This document shows, piece after piece, positions 1 to 12,928 of a DNA stretch of 64,000 bases; position 1 is the first letter of the stretch, and the number at the start of each line of letters is the position of its first letter. The stretch lies in assembly GCA_013265495.1 (NCBI GenBank), contig MU058221.1, positions 2,294,001-2,358,000 of the forward strand, given 5' to 3'. The stretch comes from Vicugna vicugna (lineage: Eukaryota). The notes beneath the pieces are model-generated. The model was not told where the DNA came from. It was given only the letters and a program-made list of their open reading frames with translations, and did not search any database. Position numbers and translations under genes: made by a program.

Positions 1-301
1 AAGATTGACCACAGGGTACAGGGTTGTCAGCTTTCATGGGCTTGGTAACTGCATATGCTAACAAGAAGGAGGGTTATTCTAACTACTTGAGAAGAGGCAG
101 GGATTTCCAGGCATGGGTCCCCTCCCCACGTTTTGACCTTTTATGGTTGGCCTAGCACCTGTCACGGCACCTGTGGGTGCGCCATGAGGCTCAAGGTCCA
201 CTGGAAGTTGACTCTTCTGCCATCTTGGTTCCCACCAGTTTGTTTTGTCCTCAATAGCTGTCCTTCAGTGGTTGTGCCCTGCCCCCTCTCCTTCTGTCTC
301 A
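1..301 (-). mobile_element. ERV1-type LTR, family A (cut by window edge)
   Basis: Minus strand starts TGAGACAGAAGGAGAGGGGGCAGGGCACAACC at 301. Aligns by eye with 57197-57706 (aaggtccactggaagttgactcttctgccatcttgg vs caggcccactggaaggcaggtcttccgccatcttgg). Confidence 0.8.
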
Positions 302-399
302 CATCCATCCATCCATCCATCCATCTATACATCCAACTATTCATCCATTTCCTTCTGTCTCACATCCATCCATCTATACATCCAACTATTCATCCATTT
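290..399. repeat. Tandem duplication containing (TCCA)n
   Basis: ccttctgtctcacatccatcc...atctatacatccaactattcatccattt occurs at 290-350 and 351-399, differing only in TCCA copy number. Confidence 0.9.
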
Positions 400-930
400 T
401 CACTTACTTATTCTTTCAACAAATACTTTTAGCACCGTGACCAGCACAGTTCATAATCAAAGCCCCTGCTCTCGGATAGCTTACATTCGTTAAACCAATC
501 TTGTTACCTGCAGCTTGTCATGTAAGTCTTCTGAGAGCAAAGGGACCACAGGACATTTGTCCTCATGCACTAACGTGCTCACAGTGGAGCTTAAGAAATT
601 TCAACTCAGCAGATTGTCTAGAGTAGAGTGCGTTGGGGAGACAAGGCAGGTAGGGCACTGCTGTAACCCAGGCGAGAGGTGACGTGGGCCTGGAGAAGGC
701 CAAGGCCGGGGAAATTATGAGAAGGATGGATATTAGAATATTTATGGATGGAGAATCCTTGGTTCGTGGCCACTGGTGTGGATGTGGGGAGCAAAAGTGG
801 AGGGGCCTCAGCAGTGACTGTGCAGTTTTAAGTTTAGAGAACTGGGTGTCCGAAGTTCCCTTTAAGAACATATTTTGGAGAACTGTGGGAAATGGCAAAA
901 AAGATTTCTCTGCAGTCATATTGACATAGA
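400..930 (-). mobile_element. L2 LINE relic (fragments)
   Basis: ttcaacaaatactttt-agcacc resembles the L2 3' end on the minus strand; degenerate L2 body at ~680-870. Confidence 0.55.
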
Positions 931-2794
931 AGCATCACATAATTAGCGAGACACAGCTTTATCACGGCACACTGGTCTGTAGCGCTGTTTGAAGGCATTA
1001 AATGAGTGTTTGCTGTTTCTGACAATGCAAAGAGCCTTTGATGCAAAGGTGAATTCATATCTGCTGGGGGTGGTGGGAGATGATGAAAAACAAATGAGCA
1101 AACAAAACAGCGATCACTGCAGAAATCTAGAATTAATAGAGCTAACTCTTAATATTTAGGGACAGCATTTTAAAAAGCTCTTTCTGTTTGCAATTTCTGA
1201 TAGTTTTTGCCTCGTTCTGTTTGGCCTCCGCTGCAAGCCACTTCATCCCAATTAACGTTCCCTTCAGAGTGGTAATTACTGTATTATCAATGCAATAGAT
1301 AGGGATAAAGAGACAAGCCTTTCTGTTTCCCCAAAGCTCAAGGTCACAAATCCATGGAGGGGTGGGGGGGGAGTGGGGGCAGGGGGTGAGGGGAGGCTGA
1401 CGGGTGACCTTGAGTTCTCCAGGAGAACGAGCAGTGCTCATTCTCAGTGGGGACCCTCTTGACTGCAGCTCCCTTCCTGCTGAGGCATTTGTGGCAAATT
1501 GTAGAAAGAGAACCTCCGCAGAAGGGAGAAGGGGTGTGTGGTGGGGAGGGGCGGTGAGTCGGCCGCTAACGTAGGTGTGCCAGCTGAGGTTCCGGCAGGT
1601 CCCCGCAGTGCTCCCATCCACACGTGGGCAGCTGCCACCCGGGCTCACGGTGCGTGCTTCCAGCCGAAAAGGGAACGGCGCTTCCGGAGAGGACCTAAAT
1701 GTCGTATCCCAGAAGACCGTAGCCAGAGCACTGCCTTTGCACCTGGCATGAGCTCCGTGTCTTGGTCTGAACTTTTTCCTGTTTACACGGCTTCCTTTTG
1801 CATGTGTGTTTATGTGTAGAGAGGATGTCGACGGTCAGTCGGTGGTGGTGCTTCGTCCCCAGAGTCTGCATCACACCGTGGACCTTGGCATTAGTCATCA
1901 CTGCCCCTCCAGCCGGCCAAGTACTCAGTGAAGGTTCCCTAAATGAAGTACCCCTCTGAGGTTGTGGCCCAACCTCAGGATAGTTTTTCTTCCTCTCTCT
2001 CCCTTTCTAGCCTAGTACTCAGGCTTACCATTCTGTTATTTCCTTTTGAAGGTTGCTCTGAATTAACTGTGTGGCCAGCAAACAACGTTGTACATTTATC
2101 TCAATGTTAGAGTGTAAAAAAAATGGCATTTAAAGATCTAGCTTGATTCTGAACAAACCTTTGGAGTGTAAAAAATATATGTTTTTTTATTTCTCTACGT
2201 TTTATAGGAGAAGAAATGGAAGTTGGTGATTTAGGTGATTTTTCTGTTGGGGATCAGGCTAGTAACTGGCAGAGACAGGGCGGAAGGCCAGGGCATCATG
2301 TGCTTAACTTTCCGTGGTAAAGGGAGTGAGGTGGATGAGCCCAGCCGTTTGCCGTCTGAGTTGCACAGGTCGCTGATGTGAAGGGAAAGTGCCTTGAGGA
2401 TGAAGGATGCGGAAGAAGCCAGGTGGACACAGCCTCAGTGTCCTTCCCCAATGATACCAGGGCAGCTCTGGTCTCTGCAGCCATCTGCCTTATATATTGT
2501 GACTCCACATACAATTTCATTTGGAAAAAAAACTAAAATGTACTGTTACAGCTTTAGTTTAAAAACCACTGTATTTTAGGATACTGTTCATTTTTTTTAC
2601 CTTCTAAAGCTTTGAGCATCTGATTTGCTTCATTAAATAACTCAGCATTTACTCATTTGTGAACATCTCTCTCTTTACTTCTAAGCTGTTGACCCCACAC
2701 AGAAATGTTAAGGCTTTAAATGATGTTGGTTTTGAATGTGCTTCGTGACAACCCTAACCTGTTCCAAAGTGGCTTCATGGTTCAGACAGACTTT

Positions 2795-2998
2795 TAATTA
2801 ATTAATTTTTAAATTGAAGTATAGGTGGTTTACAATGTTGTGTTAATCTCTGGTGTACAACATAGTGGTTCAGTTATGCACATGTACGCACACACTTACA
2901 TGTATATATATTTCATATTATTATTAATTTTAGGTTATGACAAGATACTGAATATAGCTCCCTGTGCTGTACAGTAGGACCTTGTTGTCTGTTTTACA
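2795..2998 (-). mobile_element. Young L1 3' end, 5'-truncated, with TSD
   Basis: aaattgaagtataggtggtttacaatgttgtgtta...ccctgtgctgtacagtaggaccttg. TSD tcagacagacttt 2782-2794 / tcaggcagacttt 2999-3011. Confidence 0.9.
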
Positions 2999-4814
2999 TC
3001 AGGCAGACTTTGTAGTGTTTGTTCGTGGGTTGATCCTTGGCCTTTGAGGTCTCCCCACGTAGGATCACCTCCCTAGTTGTCTAGCTGGAACGCTCTTGAG
3101 AGCTACCTTTCAATGCCTAAGCATTGGTCTGGGGAGTGTGGGGGGCGGTGCCCCCGGGAGTGGTCTGAAGCTGAGAGCCATGGGAGTTTTGAGTCCACTA
3201 AAGCCCTGGCCCGAGTCACGGGAGACTCAGGCCCAGTCAGGTCTCAGGGAAGCGCCATCAAAGTGAGTTTGGCCACGTGGAAAACGGTTGCTCTGAATCA
3301 TTGTCTGCAGTATTTCCCCGGCCTCTAGGTCAAACAGGTACATGATTACTCTTCGTGAAATCCTGGGAGGTGATTTCACAGATACACTTAATTCCGAACC
3401 TCAGGCTGTGCAGTCAGAAGCGGTGGTGGGGGTGGGGAGCAAGCAACGGAGGGATGGACGGGTTAGGGTTAGGGTTAGAAGCTTTAGCGGGGAGAATTCT
3501 GCACTAGAAACAGGGAAAGCCGGGCTCTTGCCCGGATGCTCCGACCAGTGAGCTGCGCTGTATCCGTTTAATCCCAGCTCTGCTCCTCTGCCCCCGTGTG
3601 TGCTCCTGGCCTCAGTCTCCGCGGGGCTGTGCCCCCACCCTCCTCCTGGAGTGCCTCTACCTGCAGGAGGTGATCAGGCCCCGTCAGACCGGTGCGCACC
3701 CCCGTTTGGCCTCCTTTCCCTGTACTTCTGCATCTAACCACACAGGGCGAACTGCCCCTTCTGCCTGCGTCTCTTTACACACGCTGGGGTGCTTGTCCCC
3801 ACGTGGCAGCGTTTCCCTCATCAGTAATATTTCCACATGGATTAGACGTTCTCCACTCCCTCGGGCTGCATGGTGAAGCATGTTTTAAGTCTCCTGGTGA
3901 TTAGTGGTGATCAGTGTGTTGGTGCCACCAGGGACGGCCGTGTCTGTATGAAGAGAAGTCTTGTCACCATTGCTGTCTTGCCCCCGATGCCAGCAGCTCA
4001 GGTGTGTCTTGAAGACGCCGTGCTGGGGTTGACTCTAAGCGCAGAGCTGTGCTGGCCTTTCAGGGAGAGTCGTCTTTGCCTTGTCGGTTTCACCTTATCT
4101 CACCGTCTAGTAACCACACGATCACGCCTGCCTTTCCTCAGTTCCATTCCTGATCTTGAAGCTGGGACGGACCTCTGTGAGCTGCCAGGGGCAAAGAAAA
4201 ACACCCGCCGAGCCACTGGATGCCGGAATCGATGCCACTCTTGAAGACTCCATTCAAATCCATTCAAGAACGCAGCCTCGCCCGGCACCCAGGTTCCCTT
4301 GGACCTAAGGACTAGGTGCCGTGCCTTGAAAATACGGGGCCATAATCAGGGCATCCTTTCTATCAGCAGAGAGAAAAACTGAAGCCATGATTCCATTTTG
4401 CATCTTTTCTCACCTTGTAGCTGTCACCCAGGACGAGAGGGTGGGAAGAATTCCGTGTATTTATTGCACGTTTTAAGAATTCTGCACGCCTCAGTGAGAG
4501 AAGCGCTGCGTTTGGAAATGCTTCCGCCCACACTGCGGTCGGTGTGTGGTTACTCAGTCCCGACCACAGAAGCCGCGGTTTTCCTACCTGTAAAATAAAG
4601 ATGACAGGACTCCTCGTGCCTTCTGGGCTCCAGATGAGAGAAGGTGTGTTGATGGGTTCCTAACTGCGCTCAGTAGGTCCCTAAGCTTCCACGGAAGCCC
4701 CTGGAAGGCAGCTTTGGGAAAACCGGGGAAGGATGAGAGTGCGAGACTCGGGCATCACCCCTCTCTCCACCTCCAAGAACCCAGCAGCTCCCCTGGATTC
4801 AAAAATAGGGCAGA

Positions 4815-5100
4815 ACTTGCCAGAGTGTGATATGAAACATTAGTTCTTTGGACTCAATATATTTTACACTTAACTAGGTTTCTTTTCTTAAAAATGGTGA
4901 GAAAATTGAGATTGAAAATGTTTGAAAGATACTTTTTTAAACTGCAGGACTTTTCAGAGCCTTTACTATGCTTAAGTGTTTTGTGATCTCCAAGAGGAGA
5001 GAGAAAATGTGCAATCCTTCCAAACTTTTCTGAATATAGTAACCTTTTTGGAGGAGCATTTCATAGGACTAATATTCCTTGCAGACTTTGTCACTAGGAA
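4815..5100. mobile_element. hAT-Charlie-like non-autonomous DNA transposon relic
   Basis: actgcaggacttttcagagcctttactatgcttaagtgttttgtgatctccaagagg matches a recalled Charlie-family core; subfamily uncertain. Confidence 0.6.
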
Positions 5101-5309
5101 ATAGTAAGACAGGTTAATTCAGTGCTGACTGTATGGGGTGCATGCCATAAGTGATCGGAAAGTCTAGAGTAGCTTAGTGGGAAAGGGACTGGTTCTCAAA
5201 GGACCCGTGGATTTTGGAAGGATGGATGGCCGTGAGCAAGTCAGGGATAGCTGTGACAAAGGGGAAGGTGAGGTTACTGGTAGCAGTATCTACTGTGCAT
5301 TTTTTATCG

Positions 5310-5480
5310 GCCAGCCAGGTGGGTCAGTGCTTTACCTGCATTTTCCTACTTGATCTTCTTGAGACAGGGGCTGCCATCATCACCACGTTACAGAGGAGGG
5401 GAAGAGAGGTTGGGAATCTGGTGAGCATCACGCAGCCACTAGGAAGTGAAGCCAGTGTTTAACTCAGGGCATCTGATCCC
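5310..5480 (-). mobile_element. MIR SINE relic
   Basis: catcaccacgttacagaggagggaagagaggttggg...catcacgcagccactaggaagtgaagccagtgtttaactcagg resembles the MIR core. Confidence 0.6.
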
Positions 5481-6664
5481 AGAGCTCCTGCTCTTTATTA
5501 CAAGGCCCCTGCCCAGGAAGGTGGTGGTGGGTAGGGGCGGGGGGCTGCCTGGTAGGTGTGAGTGGTGCGGGTTGCAAGGAATGCTGGGAAGACTGGGCAG
5601 AGCTTGATTGGAGATGGCCTTGAGTCTCTGGGACGGAGCTCAGACTCACTATGTGTAGGGCCGCTGTACACAGTTGTGTGTGCTTGTAGCTGTGTAGGGG
5701 TACCCTGTGGAAGGCGCCCTATGGAGGGCACACACAGGGCTACATCAATCTAGAAGGGTCACATTTTAAAAAATTTCATACAGATGCCATAGGGGGATAG
5801 GAGAGGCGCTAGTTATGTTGAGTAAGAGAAAGCCTTTTAAATCCCTAGACCACCGTCTCCTCCAGTGAATTTGCAGCATGGAAGTTTGTCATGGTGAGCT
5901 TGAAAGAGACGTATTTAAGAAGAAAACACTTAAGAGTACTTCTTGGCAGCTAGCGATGTCTGCGCTTCATTTTTCTCACTCACCTGCTATGGCGAAAATC
6001 ACTGGCATTGTCATTCAGTGGTGTAGGGAGCATGGGCATCCAACGGCTGCCGAGGGAAGAGAAAACTCTAGAAAGCTAAACCCACAGGTTGGCTTTGGAA
6101 AAGAAAGAGTTGTTCTACTTATGGATTTAAAACATTTCATTAATAGGCCAGCTGCCTGCTCAATTTATTTGTTCATCTCAGATTTATCAGTAAGTTTGTT
6201 TATTTCATATTAGCAAAGGCAGCTAAAAAATGAGGCAGTTTTTAGAGCAGTGGTTTTCAAACTAGTTCAGGTGGCAGGACATCTGGAGGGAAATACAATA
6301 TTGAGATATTTCATTTTTTTTATAGTGAGCTCCATAAACGAGGGCTATGTGTTACAGTGAAACTGTGGCTACATCATACAAAAGAATCGTACCCGTGAAC
6401 ATTCATGTCCGCTAGACAAGCTTCCATGATCACCTGCAATTCAAACATTTCTCTTTTATGCGTCTGTTACTCATCACTTTTTAAATAAAGTAGCCTCACA
6501 GGTGATGTTGAAGGTGAATAAATATACATATATTTATGGACTGAAAAAATGATTCTGACTATATGTAATTGCTATGATTTGTGGAGAGGCCAAACATGTC
6601 AGCAATATAGCCTGGATGTCTCACCTGGATGTACTTCGGGAATGAGAATCTTAGCTCGGGATAG

Positions 6665-7024
6665 TGTCTTAATCCACCGGGGCTGCTGTAACAAAGTACC
6701 GCAGAGTGGGTGTCATTCAAACAAGAATTTACCGCCCAGCGTTCTGGAGGCTGGAGAGTAAGGTGAAGGAGCCGGCAAGGTGGTCGCCTTCTGGAAGGGG
6801 CCGCCTTCTTGGCTCACAGCTGGCACCTTCTCTCTGTGTCCCTACTTGGTGGGGAGGGCCAGGGGTCTCCCTGGGGCCTCGTGTATTTGGCACTAATCCC
6901 ATTCGTGAGAGTTCCAACCTCATGACTTAAATACCTCCCAAGGCCCACCTCCTAAAACTGTCATCATTGGGGGTCAGGATTTCAACATGAATTTAGGGTG
7001 GACACAAACTGTCAGACCATAGCA
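6665..7024 (-). mobile_element. MaLR LTR, MLT1A-like
   Basis: tgtcttaatcc..ggctgctgtaacaaagtaccgcagagtgggtg...gttctggaggctgg...ggcactaatcccattcgtgag...ggatttcaacatgaattt..gacacaaac..cagaccatagca. Confidence 0.88.
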
Positions 7025-7084
7025 ATGTGCTATTTGCAAGAAGTGTTCCAGATCCGTTCTGTCGGCATTCATACTATTGGCTAA

Positions 7085-7245
7085 GTGCCTGAGGTGTGCC
7101 AGCTTTTACACGTATCATTGCAGAATCATCACAACATCCCTATGAGATAGACACGCACGAGGGAGCTGAGGCACAGAGGTCAAGTAACTTGTCGAGGACC
7201 CCACAGCTAATTCGTAAGAGAGCCATGCTCCAAATCAAGGCCTCA
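7085..7245 (-). mobile_element. MIR SINE relic
   Basis: cacaacatccctatgagatag...gctgaggcacagaggtcaagtaacttgtcgaggaccccacagcta. Confidence 0.7.
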
Positions 7246-7604
7246 GAGACCACACTTGTTTTCACCGTGGTGCTTTGGGGCTCAGTTCCGTCTGCTGCAG
7301 CCTGTGCGAATTTCTCCTTCGCCAAGTGATGATCCCAGGGACGGAATGTCTAATGGTGGAGTTTCCAGGATGGACGTGGGTGCTGAGGCTTGGCAACTGG
7401 GCATCTTACATCCTGCCTGTTCTCCTTGTGGGCACTACTCTGGTTCTCAGAATTATGAAAAGTTCAGGGCATCTTGGTGAATTGCTTTAAAATATTCTCT
7501 GTTCCCATTCATTGCCCCCTCTCCATTTTTACCTTCCTTACACTGTCCCACTCTGCTCTCACTGGAATTCCCATTCAAACCTTTCTCCTCTAGCATGGCC
7601 CTAA

Positions 7605-7760
7605 ACGGTGGAGCCAGGGACACATGAGTCCTGAATTCATGTCAGTTTCATATCTCACGTGAGCCTGTCGTTCACCTCTCTGAGCCTCACTTCGCTACTC
7701 TGTACAATGGGGGTGGTTACATCGAGCCTAAAGGGGTTGTGGTGAGGATAAAGGATATCT
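7605..7760 (+). mobile_element. MIR SINE relic
   Basis: cacctctctgagcctcacttcgctactctgtacaatggggg...ggttgtggtgaggataaa. Confidence 0.7.
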
Positions 7761-9129
7761 GAGAGACAGTCCTGATTGTAAATGAATTATGCTTCATTTT
7801 TCAAGTCTTTTCCTTTTCCAGTTCTATGAAGTCTTTACCAACCACTCTAAGTGGAAGGGATCATAAATACCCCTGTGTTTTATCAGTAGGAAGAACCAAG
7901 GAACAAGGTGACATGGCTTGCCTTAAATCTGGTTAGCAGCAGAACCAGAAGGAAAGCCACGTTTCCTGAGCCTCAGTCTAATGACTTAGGGGGAGATCGA
8001 CTTTTCTGCATTCTTCAAAATATGCCTTGGAGGCGTGTTTCCACTCTTGCCTACTCTGTGTGGTTGGGGGGTGTTAGGGAAAGGAGACAGGACCTCCCTC
8101 CCTCTCCCAAGCCTTTAGGAAGATGCCTTTGAAAGCTCTTTGAGATCGGGCAGTCTTCTGTCTCTAGTAAAAATCTTTGGGTCTATATCAGCCTTCTTTA
8201 ATGACGTTTATTAGAGATCAGATTCGCGGGGTGGGGGGTCCACATGATTCTCTGCCAGGAGTCGGGGGAGAGGGTCACTAACAGAATCCTACAAGGACCA
8301 GTGCACCAGCTGCTCTTCCCACTAATATCAAAGGAGGTAAAGATGGCGCAAGGACCACCCTACTTACCGTCAGAGCAGGGGCTCGGGTCACTTGTACGCT
8401 GGGAGGCTCTTGGTTTTTACCCCGGGAATCTGAGAACTGCACACCCACTCACTAACTTTCAGGGTTCAAAGAGGCATCAAAGCATTCACTTGAAGCCGGA
8501 GAAGCTGTAAAATTCGACGAAACTCCCAGGGACGTTTGCGACTGTGGGGCTCCGTGACCCGTTTCCACACACAGCTGGAGGTCAAGTTCCTGCCCCCCTC
8601 CTTGCTGTCCCAGGAACACGTGGGGAACCAGAGTCCTTCCGACTTGCCCTGACCGCGCGGTCTGGGTAGGAGGCTTCTGCGCGTCTCCAGCACCTCGGGA
8701 AGGAGAGGTGTGGTGGAGACCAGGGCGGTGAGAAAGCACACTTGTTATTTTGTTTCCTTACCTCTCCCGCGGTCGCCCCACTGTGCTTCTAAGCAGGGTT
8801 GGGAAGGGAAAGCTGAACCCCTGTGGTGAGGAGTAATGAGTTTCCCGAGCTTTTCCGTGAACCAACTCTTTGGAAAGCTAACCTTCTCCCCGGGCGCTCC
8901 CTGCTAATTAAGAGGAGGGGAGGTGCAGTGCTGGTAGACGGTGCTGAAGCAGTTCTATGGTTTTTGGTTTCTTTTTCATCACTTGCACATCAACTCCTCT
9001 TTCTCTTCTTCAACCTCCTGTGAGTAGTCATGCGTGCGAGGAGACCGTGGACCTGATTCCTGGAAAGGGCGGTGGAGCTATTGGAATCAGCTTCCCTCCA
9101 CGGTTAGCTGCAGGCTCTGCCACCAGCGT

Positions 9130-9300
9130 GCCTGGGTGTGAACTCCAGCCCTGCTGCAGGTGTCTCTGGACACATCACTGACCCTCTTTCATACCCAGCT
9201 TCACCACCTGTAAAATGGACCGAGCAGTATCTCCATCTCCGGGGGCTGTCATGAGACTTTGTAAATGACACCATGCTTGTTACAAAATCGCCTCTCAGTA
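9130..9300 (+). mobile_element. MIR SINE relic
   Basis: cctgggtgtgaactccagcc...cagcttcaccacctgtaaaatgg...ggctgtcatgagac. Confidence 0.6.
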
Positions 9301-10304
9301 ACTGGCCTCTGTAGAGATTTCAGTCCGTCCCCGTGTTTAGCAGACAGTGATGGACCATTTGTGCAGGATGAGGTGTTAAGAGTGGAGGATCTCCTGGAAA
9401 ATACTCCAGGCTTTCATAGACATGAAAATGCCAGGGGGCGCCATCTCTGTTTCAAACCAAAGCAGAAGCTCCATCTGCAGGCTGTGCACGGGAGAAGGCG
9501 ACTGGGGTGGGCTGGAAGATGTCTTCTTCCATCCTGCGGAGTGCTAGAGCTTAGAAAACCGAACGAAGAAGGCGGCGGGGGAAAGTGCGGGATCACAGCC
9601 TTGTCCCGGGACGGGGCTGGGCCCTCTTGCAGCCGCGTTTCCCTGCAGGATCTCTTGCAAATCTAAGGAACAGAAGAGGAGACCTGGATCTCCTCACACC
9701 TCCGGCTCTCTACCTGGGCCCTCAAAGTGATGATTTCACGCTGCAAACTGCAGCCTCCTATTTCGCGTCCCTCCGACATCGTTTTAAAACTTGTCCTTCC
9801 GAGCGCCATTCCTCTTCTGGAGCCGACGTGTTTTTTACAGTTGGAGTTAGCTGCAGTTTCTTTCACAGCTCGCAAGTCATTGGGAAGATTTGATGTTCGT
9901 TCTGCTAAAATATTGCTGCCTGAAGACTCAACTGTGAAATGCAGTTGTCTTGTGTGTTTGCACTGAGCAGCACTCCCAAGGCGCACAGGCTCGCGCACAC
10001 ACACACACACACCCGCACACATATGCAAGTTATAAATGAAACGAATTAGAAAATAAATGCGTGTTTACTACGTGAGGAGGTTCTGCCTGATTTTAGGTAT
10101 CATTCACCCTAAGCAGTTTTGAAGCTACCGTAGCCAAGGAGGATCTGGGCTCCACACAGTTGATTTGTGTGCGTGTGTGTGTGCACGTGTGTGTGTGAGA
10201 GGGGTTGGAGATACATTCTCATCTGAGCTGATTTTTTTCCAGCTTAACTTCTTAAGTCGTGCTCTCTGCATCGGGTAGTTGGAAGTGCTTTATAAAAGAG
10301 ATGC

Positions 10305-10515
10305 TATAGAGGACAGACTTTGGAAACAGACAGTCCTGGATTCAAATGCTGGCTTTGTCAGTTTGCGGGTTGCAAGAACTTGAGTGAGTGACTTAGACTC
10401 ATCAAGGTATACCAACTCGTTTATCAAACGGCCCCTCCCTCCCATAGCCTTGGCTAGAGCTAAATGTGATTGTGTAAATGACACGTTCTTTGCACAGTGT
10501 CTGACAAACACTGAG
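10305..10515 (+). mobile_element. MIR SINE relic
   Basis: agactttggaaacagacagtcctggattcaaatgctggctttgtca...gcacagtgtctgacaaac. Confidence 0.65.
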
Positions 10516-11844
10516 AAATAATATTTCCCCACCCTTCTCTTCCGCCAGTGGGGCTTCATGGAAGCAGATAATGAGATTCTCCTCACCCTTCTCACACATT
10601 CCCTCGGGGAGCCATGGGGTTTCCTGATTTTAATCTGACTTGCGCTTCCCAGGACACCTTAGGAGAATGAGACAGAGCTCAAGGTTACTCCTCAGCCACC
10701 CTCGCTAACTAGCCTGGAGGCCAGCTGCGTTAGGTGATTTTTAAATGCGCGGTAATTCCCAGAAGTTTTGAAATGCTGACACGTGCTCAAGATGGTCTTA
10801 TAAAGCAGCCTGCTGAAGAAAATTCTTCCTGCTTTGTTTTAGCATGCCCTCTTGGTCGCAGGAATACATTTCATAACCGCTTCAAGCATCTTTGCTCTCA
10901 CCCAAAATTCATAAGGAAATTGCAGATCATCCCGGTCGCTGCAGAATTGCTTCCCTCCTTGTGTAGATTTTCAGGTGTGGAATCAATGGCTTCATCAGAG
11001 TACATGCTCAAGTGGAGTGTTAGCACTGCCATCCTTGCCACAAATCAGACTGCGGGATCAAGAACATGGGGTTTGCTGCCTTTTCACAAGGGGAGTCTCC
11101 CCATCCCAAACAGGAGAAACATACCTCCTACAGAGTCACTCCTGTGCCCCACAAGAGGAAAAACTCTGTGCCCATTGAAAAACAAAACAAAAGCCTAGAA
11201 TCCTTCCTAAACTTAATACGTTGCAGAAACCTTCATATCATGGCTAATACCAAGAGAATCAGATAGGCATTTTCAGTCAAAGTCAGAGCATGGTACAGCG
11301 CTACCATTCGCAGACTTCTTGTGCTGTGTTCTCCTTTTTTAAACAAAGTCGTGGGGGGGCCCAAACATACAGACACGTAACACGTAATTTAAGAGTTGCT
11401 CTTGTTGAAGCTGGGGCTTGGCTCCCCGCCTGCTTGGCCTGTTCCTTGCTGCCTGTACCTCCTTCATCCATGCCCGAGCCTCCACTTCACAGCACGCGGC
11501 TGCAACCACAGCGGTTGGAAGCACTAGCGCAGCGCAAGGAGAACCAGCTGTAAACCCAGCACCGTCCGCCAGGCTCGTTCAGCCGGTGTCTAGGTGGGCG
11601 ACGTGGGGCGGTCACCACACCTTCCCAGGCCCGTTTTCCTGCCCGGTGATGGAGCGATTCTGACGTCCTGTTGTTTTGTTTTAACTGGTTGGTTGCCATC
11701 GAGCCCGCACCCTCGGTAGATGCGTGCGAGCAGTGTGGTCCTTCAGCATGCCCCCTTCCTGTCCCCACGTACGCCTTCAGCAAGTGTTGACTCAGCTTTT
11801 ATGATGTTCCAGACTCTGTGTTAGGTGCTAAAGATAGTTGTCTT

Positions 11845-12293
11845 ACTTATTTTATTTAAAAAAAATTTGAAGTACAATTGATTTACAGTGTTTCAGGTGT
11901 ACAACAAAATGATTCAGTTTTATATGTGTGTGTGTGTGTGTGTGTGTATTCTTTTTCAAATTCTTTTCCATGATAGGTTTTTACAAGATACTAAATATTG
12001 TTCCCTGTGCTATATCATAGGTCTTTATTTGTTTTATATATAGCAGTGTGTATCTGTTAAGCCCAAATTCCAGTTTATCCCTCCCCTCCTTGGCCCTTTG
12101 GTATCCATAAGTTTGTTTTCTGTGTCTGTGAGTCTCTTTCTGTTTTGTAAATAAGTTCATTTGTATCTTTTTTTTTAGAGTCCACATGTAAGCGGTATCA
12201 TTTAATATTTGTCTTTCTTTGTCTGACTTGCTTCACTTAGTATGATAATCTCTAGGTCCATTCATGTTGCTGCAAATGGCATTATTTCATTCT
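11845..12293 (-). mobile_element. L1 3' UTR fragment (artiodactyl-type) with internal (GT)n
   Basis: tttgaagtacaattgatttacagtgtttcaggtgtacaac...gacttgcttcacttagtatgataatctctaggtccattcatgttgctgcaaatggcattatttcattc; (GT)n at ~11925-11947. Confidence 0.92.
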
Positions 12294-12928
12294 TAAAAAT
12301 AATTATTTAAAAAAACCCATTCGTTGTTTCATTTTAAAGTGTTTGAAGACGTGATTAGCATGATCTTTACCTACTCCGTGCAGAAGTGCTGTGTTTGGGT
12401 AAGATGGACCATGGGGTTGGCCACAGATGATGGAGTATTTGAGTCCAACTGAAACAGCCGTATTTATGTTTCCCAGAGTGGGGCGAGGCCTGGACACTGA
12501 GGAAATGCCTGGAGCAGGTGTATCTTACACAGGTCCCTGTCACTGTAACCGGCGTGCTGCGTTCCAGCAGTGAGATTTTCGGAGGCAGGCAGGGTCTCAT
12601 TGACCTCTGGGCTCTCACTGCCTGACTCGGCGCCGGGCAGAGAGAAGGTGCTTTGTTCATGTCTGATGAACAGACGGGGGTTGTGACGGGAGGAAACCAG
12701 CAGTTGGTTTCCAGTTCGAAAGCCCCTCCCATTGCCACACGCCTTCCTCTTTGGAATGCATTTTGTCACGTTAATGATTCGTTTGGAGCAGATGAAGAAA
12801 TACTGTGCTAATTACAGAGGCTAATCTTACTGAGCCGTGTCTTGTTGCCTCTTGGAAGAAGGGTCTCCGTTTCCTGAGACTTGAGTCAGGCTGTCAAAGC
12901 ATTTTCTCACCAAAGTAGCTTCCTGTCC

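Noticed and set aside
3461..3478. Telomere-like GGTTAGGGTTAGGGTTAG
   Set aside because: Fewer than three full units; too short to call an interstitial telomeric site.
8930..8950. REST/RE1 left half TTCAGCACC (minus strand)
   Set aside because: The right half GGACAG is absent.
9431..9443. CTCF-like CCAGGGGGCGCCA
   Set aside because: The 5' part of the CTCF core is missing; partial match only.
11981..12187. ORF MWTLKKKIQMNLFTKQK...
   Set aside because: Spurious translation of the L1 3' UTR.
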